A stretch of DNA of 57,492 nucleotides, counting the filler, from Moniliella sp. 'wahieum' (taxonomy: Eukaryota), in the NCBI GenBank assembly GCA_003971905.1. It is 3 parts of 3 records of this genome, joined end to end, with 100 filler letters (N's around TTAATTAATTAA, not from the genome) between each part and the next. Parts side by side here need not be neighbours in the genome. Positions count along the whole stretch, not along the records: positions 14,350 to 44,957 come from RSEE01000215.1; positions 45,058 to 57,492 come from RSEE01000217.1; 1 more part is not named here. One strand, written 5' to 3'. A program made the position numbers and the translations under genes. The notes under the pieces were generated by a model. It was not told where the DNA came from, did no database searches, and worked only from the letters and a program-made list of their open reading frames with translations. This document shows positions 38,301 through 49,186 of the stretch, piece after piece (positions within the stretch are counted from its first letter, which is position 1; each line of letters opens with the position of its first letter).

Positions 38301-41300
38301 GGTAGGGCTACGCTAGGGTGCCCACGCGACGCAAGACCAGGCGTCAGATCGGAGTGAGAGTGGGATCGTTGGAAAGCTACGGCCTGGGGCTATTCAAAAA
38401 AACTCACTCCCCGGTCTGCCAGTCAAAAGTTGTCTCAACCCTGAATGGGTGGGGTGGGCATGCCTTGTAAGTATCAGGTCGTACCCCAGGTTCAACTCCA
38501 CCTCGGTCCGTCAATATTGGTCCGACCGGAATGAAACTACCAGAGCCTCTAGACCTCGGTCAGGACTAGAGGCTGCACGAAACAGATCTGGAATAGGTCG
38601 AGGTTTGAGCCCTGCAGGTCGAGTAGAGGGTGATGTCACCGGTCAGACTTTCCACGGATGGTACTCGGTCAGTATTGGTCGGATCGAGATCCGGACCGGT
38701 GCTATCGCTTCTCCTGACCCAGCTCTACACACCAAGGTACTTCGATTCAGTCCAGGGGTCGGGGTTGAAGGGTGATGTTCACTCAACGATGTACGGTGAC
38801 CGGTGATGCCTGTCACCCACGTCCCTCCTATGACAGGTACTAGATTCTACAAGGTGATCCTGGATCTGAATAGCCCCAGGTCATCCTGGACTGGGACTAC
38901 TGCTGTGGGAAGTGGGGGCTGGAACGGATGAGACCCCAAGTTGGCATGGTCACATCCACCCTGGGTACTATCGGTAGGGCTACGCTAGGGTGCCCACGCG
39001 ACGCAAGACCAGGCGTCAGATCGGAGTGAGAGTGGGATCGTTGGAAAGCTACGGCCTGGGGCTATTCAAAAAAACTCACTCCCCCGGTCTGCCAGTCAAA
39101 AGTTGTCTCAACCCTGAATGGGTGGGGTGGGCATGCCCTTGTAAGTATCAGGTCGTACCCCAGGTTCAACTCCACCTCGGTCCGTCAATATTGGTCCGAC
39201 CGGAATGAAACTACCAGAGCCTCTAGACCTCGGTCAGGACTAGAGGCTGCACGAAACAGATCTGGAATAGGTCGAGGTTTGAGCCCTGCAGGTCGAGTAG
39301 AGGGTGATGTCACCGGTCAGACTTTCCACGGATGGTACTCGGTCAGTATTGGTCGGATCGAGATCCGGACCGGTGCTATCGCTTCTCCTGACCCAGCTCT
39401 ACACACCAAGGTACTTCGATTCAGTCCAGGGGTCGGGGTTGAAGGGTGATGTTCACTCAACGATGTACGGTGACCGGTGATGCCTGTCACCCACGTCCCT
39501 CCTATGACAGGTACTAGATTCTACAAGGTGATCCTGGATCTGAATAGCCCCAGGTCATCTCCTGGACTGGGACTACTGCTGTGGGAAGTGGGGGCTGGAA
39601 CGGATGAGACCCCAAGTTGGCATGGTCACATCCACCCTGGGTACTATCGGTAGGGCTACGCTAGGGTGCCCACGCGACGCAAGACCAGGCGTCAGATCGG
39701 AGTGAGAGTGGGATCGTTGGAAAGCTACGGCCTGGGGCTATTCAAAAAAACTCACTCCCCCGGTCTGCCAGTCAAAAGTTGTCTCAACCCTGAATGGGTG
39801 GGGTGGGCATGCCCTTGTAAGTATCAGGTCGTACCCCAGGTTCAACTCCACCTCGGTCCGTCAATATTGGTCCGACCGGAATGAAACTACCAGAGCCTCT
39901 AGACCTCGGTCAGGACTAGAGGCTGCACGAAACAGATCTGGAATAGGTCGAGAGGTTTGAGCCCTGCAGGTCGAGTAGAGGGTGATGTCACCGGTCAGAC
40001 TTTCCACGGATGGTACTCGGTCAGTATTGGTCGGATCGAGATCCGGACCGGTGCTATCGCTTCTCCTGACCCAGCTCTACACACCAAGGTACTTCGATTC
40101 AGTCCAGGGGTCGGGGTTGAAGGGTGATGTTCACTCAACGATGTACGGTGACCGGTGATGCCTGTCACCCACGTCCCTCCTATGACAGGTACTAGATTCT
40201 ACAAGGTGATCCTGGATCTGAATAGCCCCAGGTCATCTCCTGGACTGGGACTACTGCTGTGGGAAGTGGGGGCTGGAACGGATGAGACCCCAAGTTGGCA
40301 TGGTCACATCCACCCTGGGTACTATCGGTAGGGCTACGCTAGGGTGCCCACGCGACGCAAGACCAGGCGTCAGATCGGAGTGAGAGTGGGATCGTTGGAA
40401 AGCTACGGCCTGGGGCTATTCAAAAAAACTCACTCCCCCGGTCTGCCAGTCAAAAGTTGTCTCAACCCTGAATGGGTGGGGTGGGCATGCCTTGTAAGTA
40501 TCAGGTCGTACCCCAGGTTCAACTCCACCTCGGTCCGTCAATATTGGTCCGACCGGAATGAAACTACCAGAGCCTCTAGACCTCGGTCAGGACTAGAGGC
40601 TGCACGAAACAGATCTGGAATAGGTCGAGGTTTGAGCCCTGCAGGTCGAGTAGAGGGTGATGTCACCGGTCAGACTTTCCACGGATGGTACTCGGTCAGT
40701 ATTGGTCGGATCGAGATCCGGACCGGTGCTATCGCTTCTCCTGACCCAGCTCTACACACCAAGGTACTTCGATTCAGTCCAGGGGTCGGGGTTGAAGGGT
40801 GATGTTCACTCACGATGTACACGGTGTGGTGAGGTGATGCCTGTCACCCACGTCCCTCCTATGACAGGTACTAGATTCTACAAGGTGATCCTGGATCTGA
40901 ATAGCCCCAGGTCATCTCCTGGATGGGACTACTGCTGTGGGAAGTGGGGGCTGGAACGGATGAGACCCCAAGTTGGCATGGTCACATCCACCCTGGGTAC
41001 TATCGGTAGGGCTACGCTAGGGTGCCCACGCGACGCAAGACCAGGCGTCAGATCGGAGTGAGAGTGGGATCGTGGAAAGCTACGGCCTGGGGCTATTCAA
41101 AAAAAACTCACTCCCCCGGTCTGCCAGTCAAAAGTTGTCTCAACCCTGAATGGGTGGGGGGCATGCCCTTGTAAGTATCAGGTCGTACCCCAGGTTCAAC
41201 TCCACCTCGGTCCGTCAATATTGGTCCGACCGGAATGAAACTACCAGAGCCTCTAGACCTCGGTCAGGACTAGAGGCTGCACGAAACAGATCTGGAATAG

Positions 41301-44300
41301 GTCGAGGTTTGAGCCCTGCAGGTCGAGTAGAGGGTGATGTCACCGGTCAGACTTTCCACGGATGGTACTCGGTCAGTATTGGTCGGATCGAGATCCGGAC
41401 CGGTGCTATCGCTTCTCCTGACCCAGCTCTACACACCAAGGTACTTCGATTCAGTCCAGGGGTCGGGGTTGAAGGGTGATGTTCACTCAACGATGTACGG
41501 TGACCGGTGATGCCTGTCACCACGTCCCTCCTATGACAGGTACTAGATTCTACAAGGTGATCCTGGATCTGAATAGCCCCAGGTCATCTCCTGGACTGGG
41601 ACTACTGCTGTGGGAAGTGGGGGCTGGAACGGATGAGACCCAAGTTGGCATGGTCACATCCACCCTGGGTACTATCGGTAGGGCTACGTAGGGTGCCCAC
41701 GCGACGCAAGACCAGGCGTCAGATCGGAGTGAGAGTGGGATCGTTGGAAAGCTACGGCCTGGGGCTATTCAAAAAAACTCACTCCCCCGGTCTGCCAGTC
41801 AAAAGTTGTCTCAACCTGAATGGGTGGGGTGGGCATGCCCTTGTAAGTATCAGGTCGTACCCCAGGTTCAACTCCACCTCGGTCCGTCAATATTGGTCCG
41901 ACCGGAATGAAACTACCAGAGCCTCTAGACCTCGGTCAGGACTAGAGGCTGCACGAAACAGATCTGGAATAGGTCGAGGTTTGAGCCCTGCAGGTCGAGT
42001 AGAGGGTGATGTCACCGGTCAGACTTTCCACGGATGGTACTCGGTCAGTATTGGTCGGATCGAGATCCGGACCGGTGCTATCGCTTCTCCCCAGCTCTAC
42101 ACACCAAGGTACTTCGATTCAGTCCAGGGGTCGGGGTTGAAGGGTGATGTTCACTCAACGATGTACGGTGACCGGTGATGCCTGTCACCCACGTCCCTCC
42201 TATGACAGGTACTAGATTCTACAAGGTGATCCTGGATCTGAATAGCCCCAGGTCACTCCTGGACTGGGACTACTGCTGTGGGAAGGGGGGCTGGAACGGA
42301 TGAGACCCAAGTTGGCATGGTCACATCCACCTGGGTACTATCGGTAGGGCTACGCTAGGGGTGCCCACGCGACGCAAGACCAGGCGTCAGATCGGAGTGA
42401 GAGTGGGATCGTTGGAAAGCTACGGCCTGGGGCTATTCAAAAAAACTCACTCCCCCGGTCTGCCAGTCAAAAGTTGTCTCAACCCTGAATGGGTGGGGTG
42501 GGCATGCCCTTGTAAGTATCAGGTCGTACCCCAGGTTCAACTCCACCTCGGTCCGTCAATATTGGTCCGACCGGAATGAAACTACCAGAGCCTCTAGACC
42601 TCGGTCAGGACTAGAGGCTGCACGAAACAGATCTGGAATAGGTCGAGGTTTGAGCCCTGCAGGTCGAGTAGAGGGTGATGTCACCGGTCAGACTTTCCAC
42701 GGATGGTACTCGGTCAGTATTGGTCGGATCGAGATCCGGACCGGTGCTATCGCTTCTCCTGACCCAGCTCTACACACCAAGGTACTTCGATTCAGTCCAG
42801 GGGTCGGGGTTGAAGGGTGATGTTCACTCAACGATGTACGGTGACCGGTGATGCCTGTCACCCACGTCCTCCTATGACAGGTACTAGATTCTACAAGGTG
42901 ATCCTGGATCTGAATAGCCCCAGGTCATCTCCTGGACTGGGACTACTGCTGTGGGAAGTGGGGGCTGGAACGGATGAGACCCCAAGTTGGCATGGTCACA
43001 TCCACCCTGGGTACTATCGGTAGGGCTACGCTAGGGTGCCCACGCGAGCGCAAGACCAGGCGTCAGATCGGAGTGAGAGTGGGATCGTTGGAAAGCTACG
43101 GCCTGGGGCTATTCAAAAAAACTCACTCCCCGGTCTGCCAGTCAAAAGTTGTCTCAACCCTGAATGGGTGGGGTGGGCATGCCCTTGTAAGTATCAGGTC
43201 GTACCCCAGGTTCAACTCCACCTCGGTCCGTCAATATTGGTCCGACCGGAATGAAACTACCAGAGCCTCTAGACCTCGGTCAGGACTAGAGGCTGCACGA
43301 AACAGATCTGGAATAGGAATAGGTCGAGGTTTGAGCCCTGCAGGTCGAGTAGAGGGTGATGTCACCGGTCAGACTTTCCACGGATGGTACTCGGTCAGTA
43401 TTGGTCGGATCGAGATCCGGACCGGTGCTATCGCTTCTCCTGACCCAGCTCTACACACCAAGGTACTTCGATTCAGTCCAGGGGTCGGGGTTGAAGGGTG
43501 ATGTTCACTCAACGATGTACGGTGACCGGTGATGCCTGTCACCCACGTCCCTCCTATGACAGGTACTAGATTCTACAAGGTGATCCTGGATCTGAATAGC
43601 CCCAGGTCATCTCCTGGACTGGGACTACTGCTGTGGGAAGTGGGGGCTGGAACGGATGAGACCCCAAGTTGGCATGGTCACATCCACCCTGGGTACTATC
43701 GGTAGGGCTACGCTAGGGTGCCCACGCGACGCAAGACCAGGCGTCAGATCGGAGTGAGAGTGGGATCGTTGGAAAGCTACGGCCTGGGGCTATTCAAAAA
43801 AAACTCACTCCCCCGGTCTGCCAGTCAAAAGTGTCTCAACCTGAATGGGTGGGGTGGGCATGCCCTTGTAAGTATCAGGTCGTACCCCAGGTTCAACTCC
43901 ACCTCGGTCCGTCAATATTGGTCCGACCGGAATGAAACTACCAGAGCCTCTAGACCTCGGTCAGGACTAGAGGCTGCACGAAACAGATCTGGAATAGGTC
44001 GAGGTTTGAGCCCTGCAGGTCGAGTAGAGGGTGATGTCACGGTCAGACTTTCCACGGATGGTACTCGGTCAGTATTGGTCGGATCGAGATCCGGACCGGT
44101 GCTATCGCTTCTCCTGACCCAGCTTACACACCAAGGTACTTCGATTCAGTCCAGGGGTCGGGGTTGAAGGGTGATGTTCACTCAACGATGTACGGTGACC
44201 GGTGATGCCTGTCACCCACGTCCCTCCTATGACAGGTACTAGATTCTACAAGGTGATCCTGGATCTGAATAGCCCCAGGTCATCTCTGGACTGGGACTAC

Positions 44301-44957
44301 TGCTGTGGGAAGTGGGGGCTGGAACGGATGAGACCCCAAGTTGGCATGGTCACACACCTGGGTACTATCGGTAGGGCTACGCTAGGGTGCCCACGCGACG
44401 CAAGACCAGGCGTCAGATCGGAGTGAGAGTGGGATCGTTGGAAAGCTACGGCCTGGGGCTATTCAAAAAAAACTCACTCCCCGGTCTGCCAGTCAAAAGT
44501 TGTCTCAACCCTGAATGGGTGGGGTGGGCATGCCCTTGTAAGTATCAGGTCGTACCCAGGTTCAACTCCACCTCGGTCCGTCAATATTGGTCCGACCGGA
44601 ATGAAACTACCAGAGCCTCTAGACCTCGGTCAGGACTAGAGGCTGCACGAAACAGATCTGGAATAGGTCGAGGTTTGAGCCCTGCAGGTCGAGTAGAGGG
44701 TGATGTCACGGTCAGACTTTCCACGGATGGTACTCGGTCAGTATTGGTCGGATCGAGATCCGGACCGGTGCTATCGCTTCTCTGACCAGCTCTACACACC
44801 AAGGTACTTCGATTCAGTCCAGGGGTCGGGGTTGAAGGGTGATGTTCATAAACGATGTACGGTGACCGGTGATGCCTGTCACCACGTCCCTCCTATGACA
44901 GGTACTAGATTCTACAAGGTGATCCTGGATCTGAATAGCCCAGGTCATCTCCTGGAC
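14350..44957. repeat. Whole-contig head-to-tail tandem array of ~45.5 copies of a 676-bp unit (clean reference copies 36539-37214 and 39241-39916)
   Basis: The marker at unit position 426 (gtgcccacgcga) recurs 45 times at ~665-680-bp spacing from 14773 to 44387. A partial final copy follows, and there is no unique sequence anywhere in the contig. Confidence 0.99.
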
Positions 44958-45057
44958 NNNNNNNNNNNNNNNNNNNNNNNNNNNNNNNNNNNNNNNNNNN
45001 NTTAATTAATTAANNNNNNNNNNNNNNNNNNNNNNNNNNNNNNNNNNNNNNNNNNNN
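44958..45057. other. Artificial contig linker (N44-TTAATTAATTAA-N44)
   Basis: Same structure as 14250-14349, with the 12-mer at 45002-45013. Confidence 0.98.
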
Positions 45058-45083
45058 TAACCCTAACCCTAACCCTAACCCTA
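45058..45083. repeat. Telomeric repeat (TAACCC)4 at the contig start, consistent with a left chromosome end
   Basis: taaccctaaccctaaccctaacccta starts the contig with the C-rich strand 5', as expected for a TTAGGG telomere. Only four units are retained. Confidence 0.8.
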
Positions 45084-45935
45084 GAATTAGGGGGTAGAGA
45101 GTAGCGGAGAGGAGGGAGTGGAAGAGATGGAAGATTAAGAGCTACGACGCCCGAGGCTTCTAGACGGAACGCTTCTGCCCGAGCCCAACTGGCTGTGCTA
45201 GCTGCTGGAGCGAAGTGGATGGGTGCGCCAGAATCCGGCTATGCCATTGGCACCCTCCTTTACTAGTGTCCCAACAAGCTACAGCCATCCTTGGCCTCTC
45301 CTCTCGTCCATGCCCAACCGTTCACCTCCCCACCGTGTCATCACTCCATCCAGAGGTACCCTTTTCCGCCCTCTCTATACTTCGTGCGAATACCGCTTGG
45401 ACGTATACTAAGCAATCGTTGAGGAACTGCTGTGTGCATCCCGAACCGTTCACCCTATAAAGCATACATAGACATTCACATTCACTAACTGTCATCGCTC
45501 CGCATTGGCTGCTACCCTTTCTCAACAGTTCCTCCCGCGCTAGTCCTATGCAGCCTTCACTACACTTCCAATTATTGTGCCCCAGCCACAGTATCAAAAA
45601 TGTAACAGCAGCTATACGCCGCTTTCCTGAGGAACCGACGGAAGGGGGAAAGGTCCGGGAGTAAGAACAGTATATATATTGGGGGGACAGCCGATCTCAG
45701 AGGAAAAGTGGTGTGGCTAGCGTGGCGAGTTCTCATCAGAATCATTACAGTTGTACATCCTCAGGTTCCTGCAAGAGAGACCCAGGAGGTGTGAGAAGAG
45801 ACAGGGGTGGTGAGACAGCAAAATGGTCGGACGAACCAAGCAGAGTACGAGCCAGAGGTGATATCTGAAAAGGGATATACTGTGGTGCATAGAATAGTAG
45901 TACTTCACACTATCTCTCCCCTAGCACACGATGCG

Positions 45936-47396
45936 TCAGAGCCCAAATAGCGGTACAAAGGCCCCTTGCGCCCCCTGCGACAAAGGGAATATGTATCGCA
46001 GTGCCGCCAATTGGACAAAGAAGTTCGAACGGAAAAATGGAGCACAGACTGTGAAAAAACAAGGGGTTAGTACTATTTTTGGTAGTCTTCTTGTTTTTGT
46101 TGAAAATGGATACGCACACAAGGGGGCCACTGCCACTAAGAATGCGTGGAGCATCAGAAAGGCTGCCCAAGTTGGGATCTTGGCGTTGAGATGAGGATAA
46201 TTGTGCTTGAACCAGGCAGCCAAAACACTATATGATAGGGCCCGTGTTGGGATCAGTGACTCAAGCTCAGTCATATAGGGGGGTCAATGTACGTACGCAG
46301 CAAGGCCATTGATCACGAAGAAGGAAAAGTTCTCGAGCTCGCTGATGCCGAAGGTGAAATAGATCATGTACTCATGAAGGATACCCGAGATGACAAAAAC
46401 AGCCATGGCAGCCAACGCTTTCCTGTGGAAAGGCTTGCTCCCACCTGCATGCCTGGCAGTATCGATAGAGACTGCAGATCCACGGGGCTGCATGATCAGT
46501 CCCTTGGCCATAAAATGGGTGTCCTGTACATCAATCCCATTCATTTTGCGCATATCATCCCTCTCAGTATCGGCAGTTAGACGGGTATGAGAAGTATTGC
46601 CCTTCGTCTTGCTATGCGTCGTCCCCGTCGTCATATTAGAAAAAATTACGCGATGGAGAGTGACGGTGATGGGCTTGTTCCAGGCGGACCAAAAACGTTG
46701 GATGGAGGTGGCCTTGATGACCGAGTCAAACATGGGCGCCATCTCCACATTGAGTAAAATGCTCAGCAGGCCGAGGAACCCGTGACCAAGCAAAGCCAGC
46801 ATGACGAGAAAGTCAACTCCAAGCAAATATGAGTAGAGGTGGTAGGCGAGCTTGGGCATCTGAGCAACCATCTCCTTGGTTGGGACAAAGTAGAGCAAGC
46901 CCTCAAACAGAATGAAAAATTGAAGGACAGCCAGGGGGAGGGCCTTCAGGCCCTCCCAACGAGCGTTGCGTACTCTCCCTTCGATCTTCTCTCGCTTGAT
47001 CAGATCGGCCTCCTCTTTGGGGAATGCCCAAAGGTGTGCCATGAACCTCCGAAAGGACCACGAGCAGACCTCATCAACAGGACGAAGGACAAACACATCC
47101 CAAGAAAGCAAAGCCGAACGAAACCCCAAACCTGGCGGCAATATATCCAGAACCATCACACCTGACCGACTGCGGCATATGGGCCATAAAAGAAACGATA
47201 GCATAAAGGTAAGTGCAAGGCCCATTCGCAGGGAGCGACTCTCTACCGCCTTGATGGCAATATTGGCTGGGCGGCACCCAGGGACCAGAAGATGGTAGGA
47301 CGCATAACACGGCTGCGGGGTTTTTCTAGGATAAACCCGAGTTCCCGGCACACGTAGCGTTAAAGCCACGTATGATCACGGTAGCGTGAGCGCCAT
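45936..47396 (-). CDS. Membrane-bound O-acyltransferase (MBOAT_2 / wax-synthase-like) with an intron at ~46228-46296
   Basis: Multiple hydrophobic segments, plus PMFDSVIKATSIQRFWSAWN and AVFVISGILHEYM (catalytic His context). Intron gtacgt...ctgat...tag restores the frame into VLAAWFKHNYPHLNAKIPTW. Both ends are approximate. Confidence 0.85.
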
Positions 47397-47589
47397 TTTT
47401 CCATTCTCTCTATAATAGATGCTTAGCTTAACCTTGTGCATTTGCGCTAGGGGTATACCTGCGAAATTCGTTTCTGATTGAATCCTAAAAATCCACACCA
47501 CTCTCTATTCCCACGTTATAGGGGCCGCGACAAATGGTTCCTATTCCAAGTGTTCCAAGTGGGTTTTTTCGTTCGATCAAATGCATTTT

Positions 47590-48789
47590 TTAGGTATCTT
47601 TTGGGTGGGTTAGCGTGTCCATTCTGACCTGCGGCCACATCAACTTTCGCCATCGCGGCCTTAAACGTTGCTTCAAACCTGATGCCCCTTCAGCAGCCAG
47701 GACCACACATCCACCATCTTTCGTGTGGCCACCTTCTCCTCCACAGCAATGGGTTAGGTTAGGGGCAAGTAATAACCAGTGTAAGCATAGAAACGTACCG
47801 CCAATAAATCGAAAATGCGACGACGCATGGTCGACCAAGTCGGCTTTAGGAACCGTCAACAGAACTTGGACAAACTTTTTGTCGCATATGGGCCAGGTGT
47901 CCCGGGTCAAAATTGACCTCTTCGAAACCTCGAGGGGAACAAGCCTGTTGCCGACGGAAAACCAGAACTTAAATCCTTGTTGTTAGCCGATCCTGCTCTC
48001 GCGGTGCAGACAAACCCATCCCACGCCCCTTTGTACCATTTCCGTCGGTGGCGATCCCTTCATACAAAGAGAAAATGTCAGTACAGTACAAGGTAATCCT
48101 GGGGTGCGCAGCGAGAGCTGATGGTCCTGACCTTTTGTGCTCCAGCAAGCGATCGAAATACTGGGGTGGGTTGGACATGGGAAAGCTGCTGGCCAGCGAT
48201 TCCTGCTTCGCATTGTTTGACAAAAAGAGCACCCGAAGAGTCTTGATCTCGCATAGACTTTCCTCGCTGAAAGCCGCCACTGGCACCACCTGCGCCACCA
48301 ATGCCCCAGCCAGCCTCACCTTGACCACCGATGCGATAAGAGGGGGAAAGCCAGCAAATTCGTCCTGATTAACGAAACTCTCTTCGTCAGCGTCCATTGT
48401 GCGGGGGTTAAAGGTGTCAGCGTCAAGATCCAGCGCATCTTCATCGTTGTTCGTCGTCGTCGTGTGCTGGTTCGATTGACCCCGCATAATCATTTTACGA
48501 ACAAACACGGGAATCAGGGGGGGAAGAGGGACAACAACGTAACTCTCGGTTCGTACTCCTTTCTTCCCTCTGCGCCGTCGGAGTCGCCGTCGGAATCGCC
48601 GTCGGAATCGCTGTTGACCCCACTGGTGCCACCAGATGGTTCTTCAGGGGACGGTTCGTCACCTTCGAAAGCAGTCTCCACCACGGGCTCCGGCTCAGGG
48701 TTGATAAGAAGTCGTGTGTCCCTCGGCCGGCGAGCAGCGTTGTTGGTCCGCGATGCCTGGGACGTCCTGGTGGTGCGGGAGGGGGGCAT
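47590..48789 (-). CDS. Hypothetical subtelomeric protein, fragmented by frameshifts, with a possible intron near 47975-48025
   Basis: Consecutive protein-like minus-strand ORF pieces (MPPSRTTRTSQASR...SDSDGDSDG; 47969-48508; 47590-47910) and a ggctaac branch-like site near 47985. No family recognised. Confidence 0.45.
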
Positions 48790-49048
48790 TGTAGAGTGGC
48801 AGTACTGGCTCAACAGAAAGATGGTGGCGGGGAAGGTGGTGGGGGGAGGGCATGCAGTTCGCGTAAAGGGGATGCGGCTGTGGTCGCTTCATCCCCAGGG
48901 GCCGTACAAGGATCGAGCTGAGATTTGCGGAGCGAGATTTGACCGTACCACCTCAAATTGAGGCCTGGGGGCGCTGTTTCGTCGATCATCACCCCCAAAA
49001 AGAAGGTGGAATGGGTGATTAAAACACAGAGCCAGTCCGGCGCCCGCT

Positions 49049-49186
49049 GAGTTACCCAGTGCTCCATATTCAATGTCACATGTCAGGCGCCACATCACTG
49101 TGGAGCCCCGCTGGAGTGTGTCCCGCGCGCGCCGAGTTACCCAGTGCTCAATATTCAATGTCAGGTGCCACATCACGGTGGAGCCC
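49049..49186. repeat. Imperfect direct repeat (two ~55-60-bp copies, 85 bp apart)
   Basis: gagttacccagtgctc(c/a)atattcaatgtca...gg(c/t)gccacatcac(t/g)gtggagccc occurs at 49049-49107 and 49134-49186. Confidence 0.85.

Noticed and set aside
39249..39295. Hammerhead ribozyme-like order GAAAC...GUC...CUG in the unit (also CUGACCGA...GAAA on the - strand near 39320-39346)
   Set aside because: The core reads CUGCAGG or CUGACCGA rather than CUGANGA, and stems II and III do not pair properly.
39379..39393. Hairpin ribozyme loop A-like GGUCAGGAGAAGCGA on the - strand, and CGAAACA on the + strand
   Set aside because: Helix 2 does not pair with the candidate AGUC site, and no GUAUAUUAC-like loop B strand exists in either polarity.
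39482..39532. HDV-like ribozyme (7-bp P1 GCCUGUC/GACAGGU with a G-U first pair, then a small hairpin and CAAG)
   Set aside because: L3 lacks the U...G reverse wobble, no GG follows P1 to form P1.1, and P2 is only about 3 bp. It still merits an Infernal scan but cannot be called.
39571..39600. Short resemblance (gactactg...gtgggggct) to my recollection of the Neurospora VS ribozyme stem V region
   Set aside because: The upstream arm needed to form the stem is absent and the other helices cannot be placed, so this is probably coincidence.
14350..44957. CRISPR array, rDNA/5S repeat or unrolled hairpin-adapter read
   Set aside because: There are no variable spacers and no recognisable rRNA sequence. 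All copies are in one orientation, with no adapter or long perfect palindrome.
14388..45005. The many 60-180-aa ORFs in the array as genes
   Set aside because: Their lengths change from copy to copy with indel errors, most start at GTG or TTG, and none resembles a known protein.
44900..45083. The array as a telomere-associated repeat because it abuts (TAACCC)n
   Set aside because: An artificial linker separates them, and the telomere orientation marks a chromosome start. There is no evidence of physical linkage.
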